From Gammaproteobacteria bacterium (GTDB lineage Bacteria > Pseudomonadota > Gammaproteobacteria > Eutrophobiales > Eutrophobiaceae): a DNA stretch of 64,000 nucleotides. Location of the stretch: contig CAXMWX010000006.1 in NCBI GenBank assembly GCA_963422205.2, positions 1-64,000 of the forward strand, in the 5' to 3' direction. Shown piece by piece: positions 11,011 to 21,900 of this stretch. The notes under the pieces were generated by a model, which had not been told where the DNA came from, ran no database searches, and saw only the letters and a list, made by a program, of their open reading frames with translations. The translations under genes were made by a program, and so were the position numbers. Position 1 is the stretch's first letter. The number at the start of each line of letters is the position of its first letter.

Positions 11011-11088
11011 TCCTTAGCCGGGGAGAATAGCCGGGCATGGTACACCGGCCGTCCTGCCCCAACGCCATAGCTACCATCGAAGGTCATC

Positions 11089-11925
11089 ATGAGCCCGGCA
11101 GCCGTTGAGTTCAGCTTTGAATTTTTCCCGCCCAGAAACCCGGCCGCCAGGGCACGGCTGGATACTACCATCAAACAACTCAGCCTCTGCCAGCCGGAGT
11201 TTTTTTCGGTGACCTTTGGTGCTGGCGGCAGCACACGGGATCACACCTTTGAGACGCTGATGGCCATCCGCCAGCAAGCCTCGTGTGAAGCCATCCCGCA
11301 CATCTCCTGCATCGGGCTGCCGATTGAGCAGCTTAAAAAGGTGTTACTCAGCTACCGGGAGAATGGCTTTACCAGCCTGGTCGCCTTGCGCGGTGATCTG
11401 CCTTCAGGCTCGGCGGGTGCTGGCAGCCTCTGCTATGCCAGTGAACTGGTGGCGCTGATCCGGCGTGAGACGGGCGCACACTTTCGCCTGTTCGTTGGCT
11501 GTTATCCAGAGTTCCATCCGCAGTCTTTCTCTGCCGATAACGATCTCGATAATTTTAAGCGCAAGGTCGATGCTGGCGCCGATGCGGCCATCACCCAGTA
11601 TTTTTTCAACGCCGATGCGTACTTTCGTTTTCTCGACAGCTGCCGGGCAAAAGACATAGACATCCCCATCCTGCCCGGCATCATGCCGATCACCAACAGC
11701 ACACAACTGCTGCGTTTCTCGGCGGCCTGTGGTGCCGAGGTGCCGCGCTGGATAGCCCGCCGGCTGCATGATTTTGGCGATGACAGCGAGGCTATCAGGC
11801 GCTTCGGCATAGACGTGGGCACGGCGCTGTGTGCAAGGCTCATCGATAACGGCGTGACCAACATACATGTCTATACCATGAATCAGGCAGCCCCAGCGCT
11901 GGCCATCATGCGTAACCTGGCCTAG
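11089..11925 (+). CDS. metF: 5,10-methylenetetrahydrofolate reductase
   Basis: SFEFFPP, SVTFGAGGST, ALRGD, YPE.HP, AITQYFF. Confidence 0.96.
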   Translation: MSPAAVEFSFEFFPPRNPAARARLDTTIKQLSLCQPEFFSVTFGAGGSTRDHTFETLMAIRQQASCEAIPHISCIGLPIEQLKKVLLSYRENGFTSLVALRGDLPSGSAGAGSLCYASELVALIRRETGAHFRLFVGCYPEFHPQSFSADNDLDNFKRKVDAGADAAITQYFFNADAYFRFLDSCRAKDIDIPILPGIMPITNSTQLLRFSAACGAEVPRWIARRLHDFGDDSEAIRRFGIDVGTALCARLIDNGVTNIHVYTMNQAAPALAIMRNLA

Positions 11926-12073
11926 CCCGCTTGCGCTGTTGCCTTGCCATGAGGTCACGGATGCCCCGGCCCTCGCTTGCCAGGAAGGCCGCCAGTGCTT
12001 GTGGCCTGTGCAGCAAATACGGTATGTTTATCGGCATGAATGCGGCCAGAACAGATCCCGGCGCAGCCGCCCC

Positions 12074-13482
12074 ATGCAGAAAGTAAAACCTGAATTACTG
12101 CTGGTTGATGATGATCCATTTATCATTGAATCGCTCTCCATTATTCTGCAACCGGACTTTGAGCTCTACACCGCAGATGCCAGAGGGAGCGCCCGGGAGA
12201 AGCTGCGGCAGTTAGGCCATGTGCCGTCTCTGGCGCTGGTGGATTTGGGTTTGCCCCCTTTGCCCGCTAACCCGGATGAGGGTTTTGAGTTGATCAGCGA
12301 GTTGCTGTCGCTTAACACCGACATGAAGATTCTGGTGTTATCCGGCCAGAGTGAAAAAGCCAATATCCAGCATGCGCTGACCCTGGGGGCGGTGGATTTT
12401 ATCCCCAAACCCTGTGACATGACTCTGTTACAGTCACGCCTGAATCACCAGATCATGATGCTGGAGGCGGAAGCGGCAAGAGAGGGCAGCGATGGGGCGG
12501 GCGAGCAGTTGCTGGGCGAGAGTCCGGCCATTACCACCTTGCAGGCACTGATCACACAATTTGCCAGCACCCCTTTTGCGGTGTTGATCGCCGGTGAATC
12601 CGGCAGCGGCAGGGAGCTGGTGGCCAGATCTATCCACGCCCGCAGCCCGCGCGCCAGGGCGCCGTTCCTCGTGATCAACTGTGCCGCATTTACCGCCGAG
12701 TTGCTGGAAGCGCAGCTATTCGGTCATGCCAGGGGCGCATTTACCGGTGCCACCACGGCGCGCCGGGGTTTCTTTGCCGAGGCCAGCGAGGGCAGTTTGT
12801 TCCTGGATGAGATCGGCGAGTTGCCGCTGGCCCTGCAATCAAAACTGTTGCGGGTGCTGGAGAATGGCGAGTATTACCGTTTGGGCGAGACCCAGGCAAG
12901 GGCCTCTGCTGCCAGGATCGTGGCGGCGACCAACCGCGATTTGAAGGCAGACATCCAGACCGGACGATTCCGTCAGGACTTGTATCACCGGCTGGGTGTC
13001 TTGACCCTCAATGTGCCGCCCCTGCGGGAGCGGGATGGAGATTGCCTGGTGTTGCTGGCGCATTTCCGCCAGATTTATGCCGTGGCTGGCAAAACCTTTG
13101 CGCTGGATGAATCGGCGGTAGAGGCGCTGCTGGCCTATGATTTTCCCGGCAATGTGCGCGAGTTGAGAAATATTGTGATCCGCCTTGGCGCCAAGTATCC
13201 GAACCGCACCGTCTCACAAGCACAACTCAAGGCGGAGTTGGAATCGATCGTGCCTGCCGTTGCCCCGGGCGGCGCTGAAGTGGCGCTGGCTGACGTTGAG
13301 CAGCAGTTGATGGCCACCGGCTTCCGGCTGGAAGAGAAGCTGAACGCCTGGAGGCACGCTATATCACCGCCGCATTACGCTCAAGCCGTGGCAATTTAAG
13401 CCAGGCCGCCCGCCTGCTGGGGATTAACCGCACCACCCTGTACAGCAGGCTACAGCGGCTGAACATACAGCTGCCCGCCTAG
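12074..13482 (+). CDS. Sigma-54-dependent response regulator (REC-AAA+-HTH), frameshift before the HTH
   Basis: LLVDDD REC domain, [21 protein letters not shown]. Fis-type HTH ([21 protein letters not shown]) lies in another frame after ~13350. Confidence 0.85.
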
Positions 13483-13492
13483 TCACCATCTG

Positions 13493-14392
13493 ATGTATTG
13501 CGATCACTTCGGCTTGAAACGGGCGCCGTTTAAGATCACGCCGGATACCAGGCTGTTTTTCCCCGGCGGGGAGCGGGGCGCGGTGCTGGATGCGCTTATC
13601 TATGCGATCAGCCGAGGTGAGGGCATTATCAAGGTGGTGGGCGAGGTCGGCAGCGGCAAGACCATGTTATGCCGTATGCTGGAAGAGGAACTGCCGCCCC
13701 GGATTGAAATCCTCTACCTCGCCAATCCCACGATCGCCCCGATACATATCCTGCACGCCATCGCCTATGAATTAAAGCTGAACGTGACTGCCGCTACGCC
13801 GCAATTACAGGTCTTGACCTCTGTGCAGCACTACCTGATCGGCAGGCACGGTGATAATCGTCAGGTGGTGGTGTTTGTGGAAGAGGCCCAGGCCATGCCC
13901 ATCCAGACACTGGAGCAGATCCGGCTGTTGAGCAACCTGGAGACCCAGACAGACAAGCTGCTGCAAATCGTGTTGTTTGGCCAGCCGGAGCTCGATGCCA
14001 TGATCGCCCGGCCGGAGATACGGCAGTTAAAAGAGCGCATCACTTGCAGCTTTCAGTTGCCCCCTTTTCAACGGGATGACATCCGGGCGTATATCAATGC
14101 CCGCCTGTACAGCTGTGGCTATCGGGCGGGCGAGTTGTTTTCCAGGCCAGCCGTGAAGGCAATACAGCGGCATTCCTGCGGGCTGTTGCGGCGGATCAAT
14201 ATCCTGGCGGACAAGGCCCTGCTGGCGAGCTATGTCGACAGTAAACCGCAGGTATCAGCCAGGCATGTGAGGCAGGCGGTGCTGGACAGCGAGTTTGTCA
14301 CCAGCAAGCGATTTGCCTGGCTGCCCGTGGCTGGTCTGGCGGTGCTGTTAGCCGTGCTGGGCGGCGTGGCCCTGGGGGCATTTGGGCGCTGA
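13493..14392 (+). CDS. ExeA/MshM-family AAA ATPase
   Basis: MYCDHFGLKRAPF, GEVGSGKT, VEEAQ, LFGQPEL, C-terminal TM. Confidence 0.9.
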   Translation: MYCDHFGLKRAPFKITPDTRLFFPGGERGAVLDALIYAISRGEGIIKVVGEVGSGKTMLCRMLEEELPPRIEILYLANPTIAPIHILHAIAYELKLNVTAATPQLQVLTSVQHYLIGRHGDNRQVVVFVEEAQAMPIQTLEQIRLLSNLETQTDKLLQIVLFGQPELDAMIARPEIRQLKERITCSFQLPPFQRDDIRAYINARLYSCGYRAGELFSRPAVKAIQRHSCGLLRRINILADKALLASYVDSKPQVSARHVRQAVLDSEFVTSKRFAWLPVAGLAVLLAVLGGVALGAFGR

Positions 14393-14523
14393 TCATGCCC
14401 GTATCACCTGCCCCCCATTGTTACCCGTATATTGCCTTCATTCACGCTTTGACCTTACAATAAGCCCAACAGCCACGACAACGCCCCGCATCAACACCGG
14501 GATAATAAACCCATGAGCCCCTT

Positions 14524-14862
14524 ATGAGCCAGGTCGCCTTTGACACCTTGAAATTTACCGAGACCCTGAAGCAGGCCGGTGTCCCTGACCAGCAGGCCAA
14601 GGCCGAAGCGGTTGCCATTCAGGGCGCCCTTGGCGAAGCCCTGAATACGCAGGTGGCCACGAAAGAGGATATGCATAATCTGAAGCAAGAGATAATCAAA
14701 CTGGATGCCAAACTGGATGCCAGGGTAGATAGCGTGGATGCCAGGATTGACAACGTAGATACCAGGCTAACGGCCAAGATTAACCTGGTTCACTGGATGA
14801 TTGGTTTTAACATCATCCTGACCATGGGTATACTCTGGAAGCTGTTCATCCCGGCAAGTTGA
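14524..14862 (+). CDS. DUF1640/CCDC90-like C-terminally anchored coiled-coil protein
   Basis: FDTLKF head, ATKED neck, coiled coil, W + TM tail. Confidence 0.85.
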   Translation: MSQVAFDTLKFTETLKQAGVPDQQAKAEAVAIQGALGEALNTQVATKEDMHNLKQEIIKLDAKLDARVDSVDARIDNVDTRLTAKINLVHWMIGFNIILTMGILWKLFIPAS

Positions 14863-14995
14863 CCCACACCCGAACAAGACAAGATGATCAAAGCGAGCAA
14901 CACACAAAATACACAACTCAACCCAGGCAACAGCAATGCAAACAATACATCAACCAGCACTGGCGATCAGGTTGAGTGATTAAGAGACCGCAGAC

Positions 14996-15460
14996 ATGAA
15001 CATGGCGACCTTGATGATGGCGACGACTATCGGCACAGGAGTATCCCTGGCCGGCCTGATGATTGGCCTGGTGGCCTGGCTGCGGGCGGATACACGCCGC
15101 ATGGAGGAGCGCTTGCGTGAAGATATGCAGCAAATGCGTGAAGATACCCGGCAAATGGAAGAGCGCTTGCGGGGCGATATGCGGCAAATGGAAGAGCGAT
15201 GGCAGGCGGACATGAATGCCCTGCGTGAGGACATGAAGCAAATGGAAGAGCGCTTGCGGGGCGATATGCAGCAAATGGAAGAGCGATGGCAGGCAGATAT
15301 GAATGCCCTGCGTGAGGATATGCGGCAAATGGAAGAGCGCTTGCAGGAAGAAATCACGGCAGTCCGCAAGGACATCAACGCGTTGCGCGAGCGCACGGCA
15401 CACCTGGAAGGGCTGCTGGACGGGTTGCGTGAGGCCATCGTCGCCCGTGCTGCCGCCTGA
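14996..15460 (+). CDS. N-terminally anchored coiled-coil repeat protein
   Basis: TM, then 11/7-residue repeats, ending AHLEGLLDGLREAIVARAAA; paralog at 59710. Confidence 0.8.
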   Translation: MNMATLMMATTIGTGVSLAGLMIGLVAWLRADTRRMEERLREDMQQMREDTRQMEERLRGDMRQMEERWQADMNALREDMKQMEERLRGDMQQMEERWQADMNALREDMRQMEERLQEEITAVRKDINALRERTAHLEGLLDGLREAIVARAAA

Positions 15461-15631
15461 GTGGATCTGCTTGCCCATGCGACCCCCATACATAACCCAA
15501 CGAACAGCAGCAACACACCCATGACAGGCCCGACATCAACATCATTGCCACAATGAACCATATAAACCCATGAGTCTGACTGCACACCCCACCGCAGGAA
15601 TATTGACAAATATAGTAGACTCAACAGCACG

Positions 15632-15865
15632 ATGACCAACGCCGCATTCAAGCTGGAAGATGCTGGTTTCTCCCGTGAGCAGGTGGAGGCGATCACCGAA
15701 TACCTGGATCAGGGCGTTGCCACCAAGGCCGACATTGAACGCCTGGAAGGCAAGATACAAACCAATATCGAGCGTCTGGAGGGCAAGATCAATAACCTCT
15801 ACTGGATGTTTGGTGTGCTGGTCGCCGGGGTCGCCAGTTTGGTCATTGACACGTTTCTGAGGTAA
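15632..15865 (+). CDS. Short DUF1640-like coiled-coil protein
   Basis: LEDAGFSREQVEAI, ATKAD neck, C-terminal TM. Confidence 0.75.
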   Translation: MTNAAFKLEDAGFSREQVEAITEYLDQGVATKADIERLEGKIQTNIERLEGKINNLYWMFGVLVAGVASLVIDTFLR

Positions 15866-15924
15866 CATCAAGCTATTAACAGCCGAGCGGCGCACACAGC
15901 AACTAACAGCGCAGGAAAACCACC

Positions 15925-18900
15925 ATGCCACAGACCACACACAAAGCAACCCGGAACACCGCCCGCCGCCCGTTGACGGCCTGCACTGCACGGATTCTAC
16001 CTACTCCCCCCCTCGACGGTCGCAGCAGCAAGGGCGGTCTCATGAACGCCATAATCACCCGTCTGGCCGGGCGCAGCACCACATCCCCAGCCAGCCCCAA
16101 AACCGCACCGCCGTCCCGTGCCGCCACCACCGCCCCCGCATCCATCAGCCCCATGCCCAAGGGGGTCGCCGTCTCTGGCCGGGACACAGATTCTTCGCTG
16201 CCGCTCAGAATGACGGAGAGGGGCGGAATCACGCAGAAAGGCAGCATGCTGGCAGGCATCGCCGTCGCTGGCCTGATAACTCGCCTTATCGCCCCTCTGC
16301 ACGCCTGCCGTGCCTCGGCCACCCGCCTGCTGGCGAACCACCACCTGTCTCCGTGCGCTGCACGGGCCCGCCGCGCCACCCCTCTGGCCTGGTTTCTCGC
16401 CGCCTGGCTCCTGGGTGCCAACGCCGCCCTGGCCGCGCCCTTTACTCGGGGAGTCGGGGATGCTGCTGGCAATCGTGCTGTCACGGGTGATCGCGGTATA
16501 TGGCTTATCCTGGAAGACGGCGAGGATGGCATCATCACTGGCAATCGAGCCCTTAACACCAGCAGTGTGCGCGCCCTCATCCTCGCTCGCGATACAGCAA
16601 ACACCACCACCCCCGGCGGCATCACCCTCACCATCAGCGGCCGGATGGTGATGGGCAGCCTCCAGCCAGGCAGGATTGTAACGACCGACAGATCTGACCG
16701 AACCTGGGCTGCCGTACCCATCCTCTTCACCGCCACTGGCACGAGTACGAACCCCAACACCATCACCATCGGAAACGGCGGCGGCGTCCGCTCCCAGGAT
16801 CAATCCGCCGGCGCCTATGCCGTGTGGATAACCCTCGCCGCCAACGTGACCGGCATCTCCTCCAATGCCAATGCCGCCGTTCGCGGCACGGGCGCTCACA
16901 CCACTCTGAACGTACAGGCGGGCGGCGAGATCACCAGCACCCATAACCAGGCCGTTGTATCACAAGCGAACAACACCACCATCACGGTGGCCGGCACCAT
17001 CACCGCCGAGGGTCGCGGGCCGACCACCAACCTCTCCGGCAATCGTGCTATCGATATCACCGGCAATGATGCCAGCATCACCCTGGCGGCGGGCGGCCTG
17101 CTGGAAACCAGCACCTGCCTGCGGGCGGACACCGCCGTCTGCCCCGCCAATGCCAGCACCTCCAGAGGTTACGGTATAAGCATTGCCGGGGAAAACGCCA
17201 ATATCACCCTAGGTACTTCGGGGACTGGCATCAGCTTTGATGAGACGACCGCCAGCAATAACGCCCGTATTCTCACCCAGGGCCCTGACTCCCACGGCAT
17301 CCGCCTTTTTGCCGACGGGAACGCGGCGACAACCAATATCGGCCGCATCACCACCTACGCCGACAGCCTGATCAGTACCACCGGCGCTGGCGCCCACGGC
17401 ATCTTGATTGACAATACCATTGGTGCCACCAATACCGCCCCAGTGGCGCTGGATTTAGGCGGGCGTATCGAGGTCACCGGTGCCAATGCGGTGGGCCTGC
17501 AACTTAGTGATACCAACCTCGCCCTGGCCGATGTGGATGGCGATACAACCAACGGCGGGGAAATCCGCATTACCGGCGGGATCAGCGCCACGGGTACGGA
17601 CAGCGCCGCCATTGTCGATAGCAGCGGCTTAGGGCTTCGCCTGCTGCTCGCTGGCGCCGCCAGCATTACCGGCGACATCAACCTGGGCGCAGGTGGTGAC
17701 ACCCTCATCCTCTCCGACACCGCCGCCATCGGCACGATGACCACCCGCGGCAATATCGCCATGGGCGATGACGATGACGCCGTCACCTTCAACAGCAGCG
17801 AGACCAGCTACCTCAGCGGCCTCGCCATGGGCGCGGGTGACGATACCCTCACCCTGATGAATGCGAACCTCAATCTGCCCGCCACCGGGATGCTGGACGG
17901 CGGTGGCGATACCGACACCTTAATCGGCTATAACACCGCCGCCACCTGGATAGTGGCCCCGGCCGCCACCGGCAACAGCTACGCCACCGGCGTCGGCACC
18001 ACCAGCGCCCGGTCGCTGCCCTTCACCGGTTTCGAAAACCTCACCGGCGGGACGATGGCCGATGCCTTTAGCGTCAGCGTGAACCACACAGGCAACCTGA
18101 CCGGCGGCGGCGGGGCGGATATCTTCAACCTCAGCGGCGGCACGCTCACGGGCAATATCTTCGGCCAACCGGGCAATGATCGGCTTGAACTGAGTGGCAC
18201 CACCGCCCGCATCGGCACGGGCACGGCGGTCACCGACCGCTACAACATCTACATGGCCGATGGCGATGATGTCGTCACCTTCAACAGCACCGCCACCAGC
18301 TACCTGACCGAGATTGAACTCGGTACGGGCGATGATGCGCTGACCCTGAATGCGAACGTGGATATCGATTTTACCAATGGCGGTATTGATCTGGGCGGCG
18401 GCGGCGATACCCTGACCCTGAACAGCTACGCCATGCCCGTCGGGGGGTTGCCCAGCTTCGGCGATAGTGGTGATACGCTGACACTGAACGGCGCCGCCAC
18501 CCTTGGCACGGGCACGGCGGCCAATGCCCGCCAGATCATCGACATGGGCACAGGCGATGACGCCGTCACCTTCAACAGCAGCCAGACCAGCTACCTCAGC
18601 GGCCTCACCATGGGGGCGGGGGATGATACCCTCACCCTGAATGCGAACCTCAATCTGCCCGCCACCGGGATGCTGGACGGCGGTGGCGATACCGACACCC
18701 TGATCGGCTATAACACCAACGCCACCTGGATAGTGGCCCCGGCCGCCACCGGCAGCAGCTACAGCACCGGCGTCGGCACCCCCAGCGCCCGGTCGTTGCC
18801 CTTCACCAATTTTGAAGGACTCACCGGCGGCAGCATGGATGACATCTTTAACATCAGCACCAACCACGGCGGCGCCCTGACCGGCGGGGCAGGTAATGAC

Positions 18901-21900
18901 AGCTTTAACCTCAGCGGCGGCACGCTCACGGGCAATATCTTCGGCCAACCGGGCAATGATCGGCTTGAACTGAGTGGCACCACCGCCCGCATCGGCACGG
19001 GCACGGCGGTCACCGACCGCTACAACATCTACATGGCCGATGGCGATGATGTCGTCACCTTCAACAGCACCGCCACCAGCTACCTGACCGAGATTGAACT
19101 CGGTACGGGCGATGACACGCTCACCCTGAATGCCAACGTGAATATCGATTTTACCAATGGCGGTATTGATCTGGGCACCGGCGGCGATACTCTGATCCTG
19201 AACAGCTTCGTCCTGCCCGTCGGGAACGCGGTCTTGACCAGCTTCGGCCCTGGCAATGACCGGCTTGAACTGACGGGCGCCGCCGCCATCGGCCGCAGCG
19301 TCTCGGGCACGATGGGCGGCTCGGCGACCATTAACGAAGGCAGCATCGACATGGGCGGGAATGACGATGCCGTCATCTTCAACAGCAGCGCCGACAGCTA
19401 CCTGACCAGCATTTTCACCGGCCTTGGCGATGATGAGCTCACCTTCATGGGCAGCGGCACCACCTACGTGAGCAACCCCATTGTCATGGGCGATGGCGCT
19501 GATGAGTTCACCTTGAGTGCGCCGTTGAATCTGACCAACAGTACCCCCAGCAATGCTGTGATCGATGGCGGGGGCGACAATGATATGTTCACCCTCAACA
19601 ACACCTTGACCGGCGGCCTCCTCGGCGGGGGCGGGGACGATATGCTGACCCTCAACGATGGCAGCAGCATCACCGGCAGCGCCAACCTGGGGGCGGGCAG
19701 CGATACCTTATCCTACGGCACCATCCCCGCACGGGTGACCATGACGCTGATGGGCAGCACCGCCGAAGGCTTTTCGGCGGATTATGAGATTTTCTACAAC
19801 GGCGGCCCGAACACCGGCATCAGCGGCAGGGTAAGCGGCATGGATATCCTCATCGGCACCGCCGCCACGGGCGATGTGCTGCAAGGGCATAACGTGGCCG
19901 CCACCTGGGCGCTGGGGGCGAGTGAGACCTACACCGTCGCCGGCACGGGGGGAACCAGCACCCACAGGCTCACCTTCCGCAACATCGAGAATCTCCTCGG
20001 CGGCAGCGGGATCGATACCTTTAACATCAGTGCCGATTATGACCGCTTTATTGATGGCCTCGGCGATGATGATGACTTCAACCTCACCGGCGGCACCTTC
20101 ACCGGCACGATCCAGGGCGGCGCGGGCGATGATATGCTTGGCCTCACCAACAACGCCGCCATCGGCACGTCCGGCAATGGCGCCAGCATCGACATGGGCG
20201 ATGGCGATGATAGTGTCAACTTTGCCCTCGCAGGCGCCAGCCACATCGGCAGCCTCACCATGGGGGCGGGGGATGATACCCTCACCCTGAATGCGAACCT
20301 CAATCTGCCCGCCACCGGGATGCTGGACGGCGGTGGCGATACCGACACCCTGATCGGCTATAACACCAACGCCACCTGGATAGTGGCCCCGGCCGCCACC
20401 GGCAGCAGCTACAGCACCGGCGTCGGCACCCCCAGCGCCCGGTCGTTGCCCTTCACCAATTTTGAAGGACTCACCGGCGGCAGCATGGATGACATCTTTA
20501 ACGTCAGCATCAACCATGCAGGCGACCTCCGCGGCGGCGCTGGCGAAGACAGCTTCAACCTCAGCGGCGGTACGCTCACGGGCAATATCTTCGGCCAACC
20601 GGGCAATGATCGGCTTGAACTGAGTGGCACCACCGCCGCCATCGGCAGCAACGTCTCGTCGACCATCACCCGCCAGAGCATCAACATGGGCGATGGCGAT
20701 GATGAGATCACCTTTAACAGCACCGCCACCAGCTACCTCACCGACATCGACCTCGGTGCGGACAATGACACGCTCACCTTGAGTGCGAATATCGACATCA
20801 GCGGCAGCCTGACCGGCGGGGCAGGCACGGACACCTTAATCGGCTACGACGCCGCTGCCACCTGGACGCTGGCCAGAACCGCCAACAGTGGCGCAAACAC
20901 CTACGCCACCGGCACGGGAACCAGCGCCCGCTCGCAGACCTTTGCTGAATTCCAGAACCTCACCGGCGGGTCAATGAATGATGCCTTCACCCTCACCGCC
21001 GCCCATGCGGGCAACTTGGATGGCGGGGCGGGCGATGACAGATTCACCCTCACCGCCGCCCACACCGGCAACCTTAACGGCGGGGCGGGCGATGATACCC
21101 TGATCCTTGAGACCGGCGGCAGCATCTCCGGCATCGCCAACCTCGGGGCGGGCAGCGACACCCTCTCCTGGGAGAATCGCAGCAGCCGGGTGCGGGTCAG
21201 GTTGTTTGGCAGCAACGATCAAGGCTTTACTACGCTTAATAACATTGGTCTTACCATAATTGCCACCGACATCACTGGCGGGGCGTCCGGCATCGATGAG
21301 CTTGTTGCTGGCAGCGACACAAACGATCAACTTATAGGTTATTTCACGAACTCTATCTGGAATCTGGCATCCGGCGGCAACACCTACCTGGCCGATGGGC
21401 GCACACTGCGCTTCCGTAATTTCGAATATCTCCAGGGCGACGGCGCGGCAGATACCTTCAACATCAGCATCGACAACGGGAGCACTCTTGACGGCGCCTT
21501 CGGCAATAATATCTTCAACTTCACCGCAGGCATGTTCACCGGCACTGTCCTCGGCAATAACGCCAACGACACGCTCACCGTCTCCAGTGCCGCCGCCATT
21601 GGCACGGCCAACTCCCGCGTGTTTATCAGGATGCGCCCGGGCAATGACACCGTCACCTTCGACAGCACGGCCACCAGCTACATCAACAACTTTGACCTCG
21701 GTACGGGGAATGATATGCTCACCCTGGGTTCGGCTCTGAATATCAGCAGCAGCCTCACCGGCGATGCGGGAAATGATACCCTGACCCTTGAGGACAACGG
21801 CAGCATCACCGGCAATGTGTCCCTCGGTGCGGATAGCGACACCCTCTCTTATGCCAACCGCAGCACGGCCGTCAGCGTGACCCTGGCTTCCAGCACCGCC

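Noticed and set aside
14863-15631. AC-rich spacers between the coiled-coil genes as a CRISPR or guide array; shared ataaacccatgag near 14505 and 15563
   Set aside because: No regularly spaced repeat and no cas-like gene; a single 13-mer match is too weak
17770-20640. Near-identical autotransporter repeats as a diversity-generating retroelement
   Set aside because: All copies are in-frame coding, no adenine-specific pattern is evident and there is no reverse transcriptase in the window
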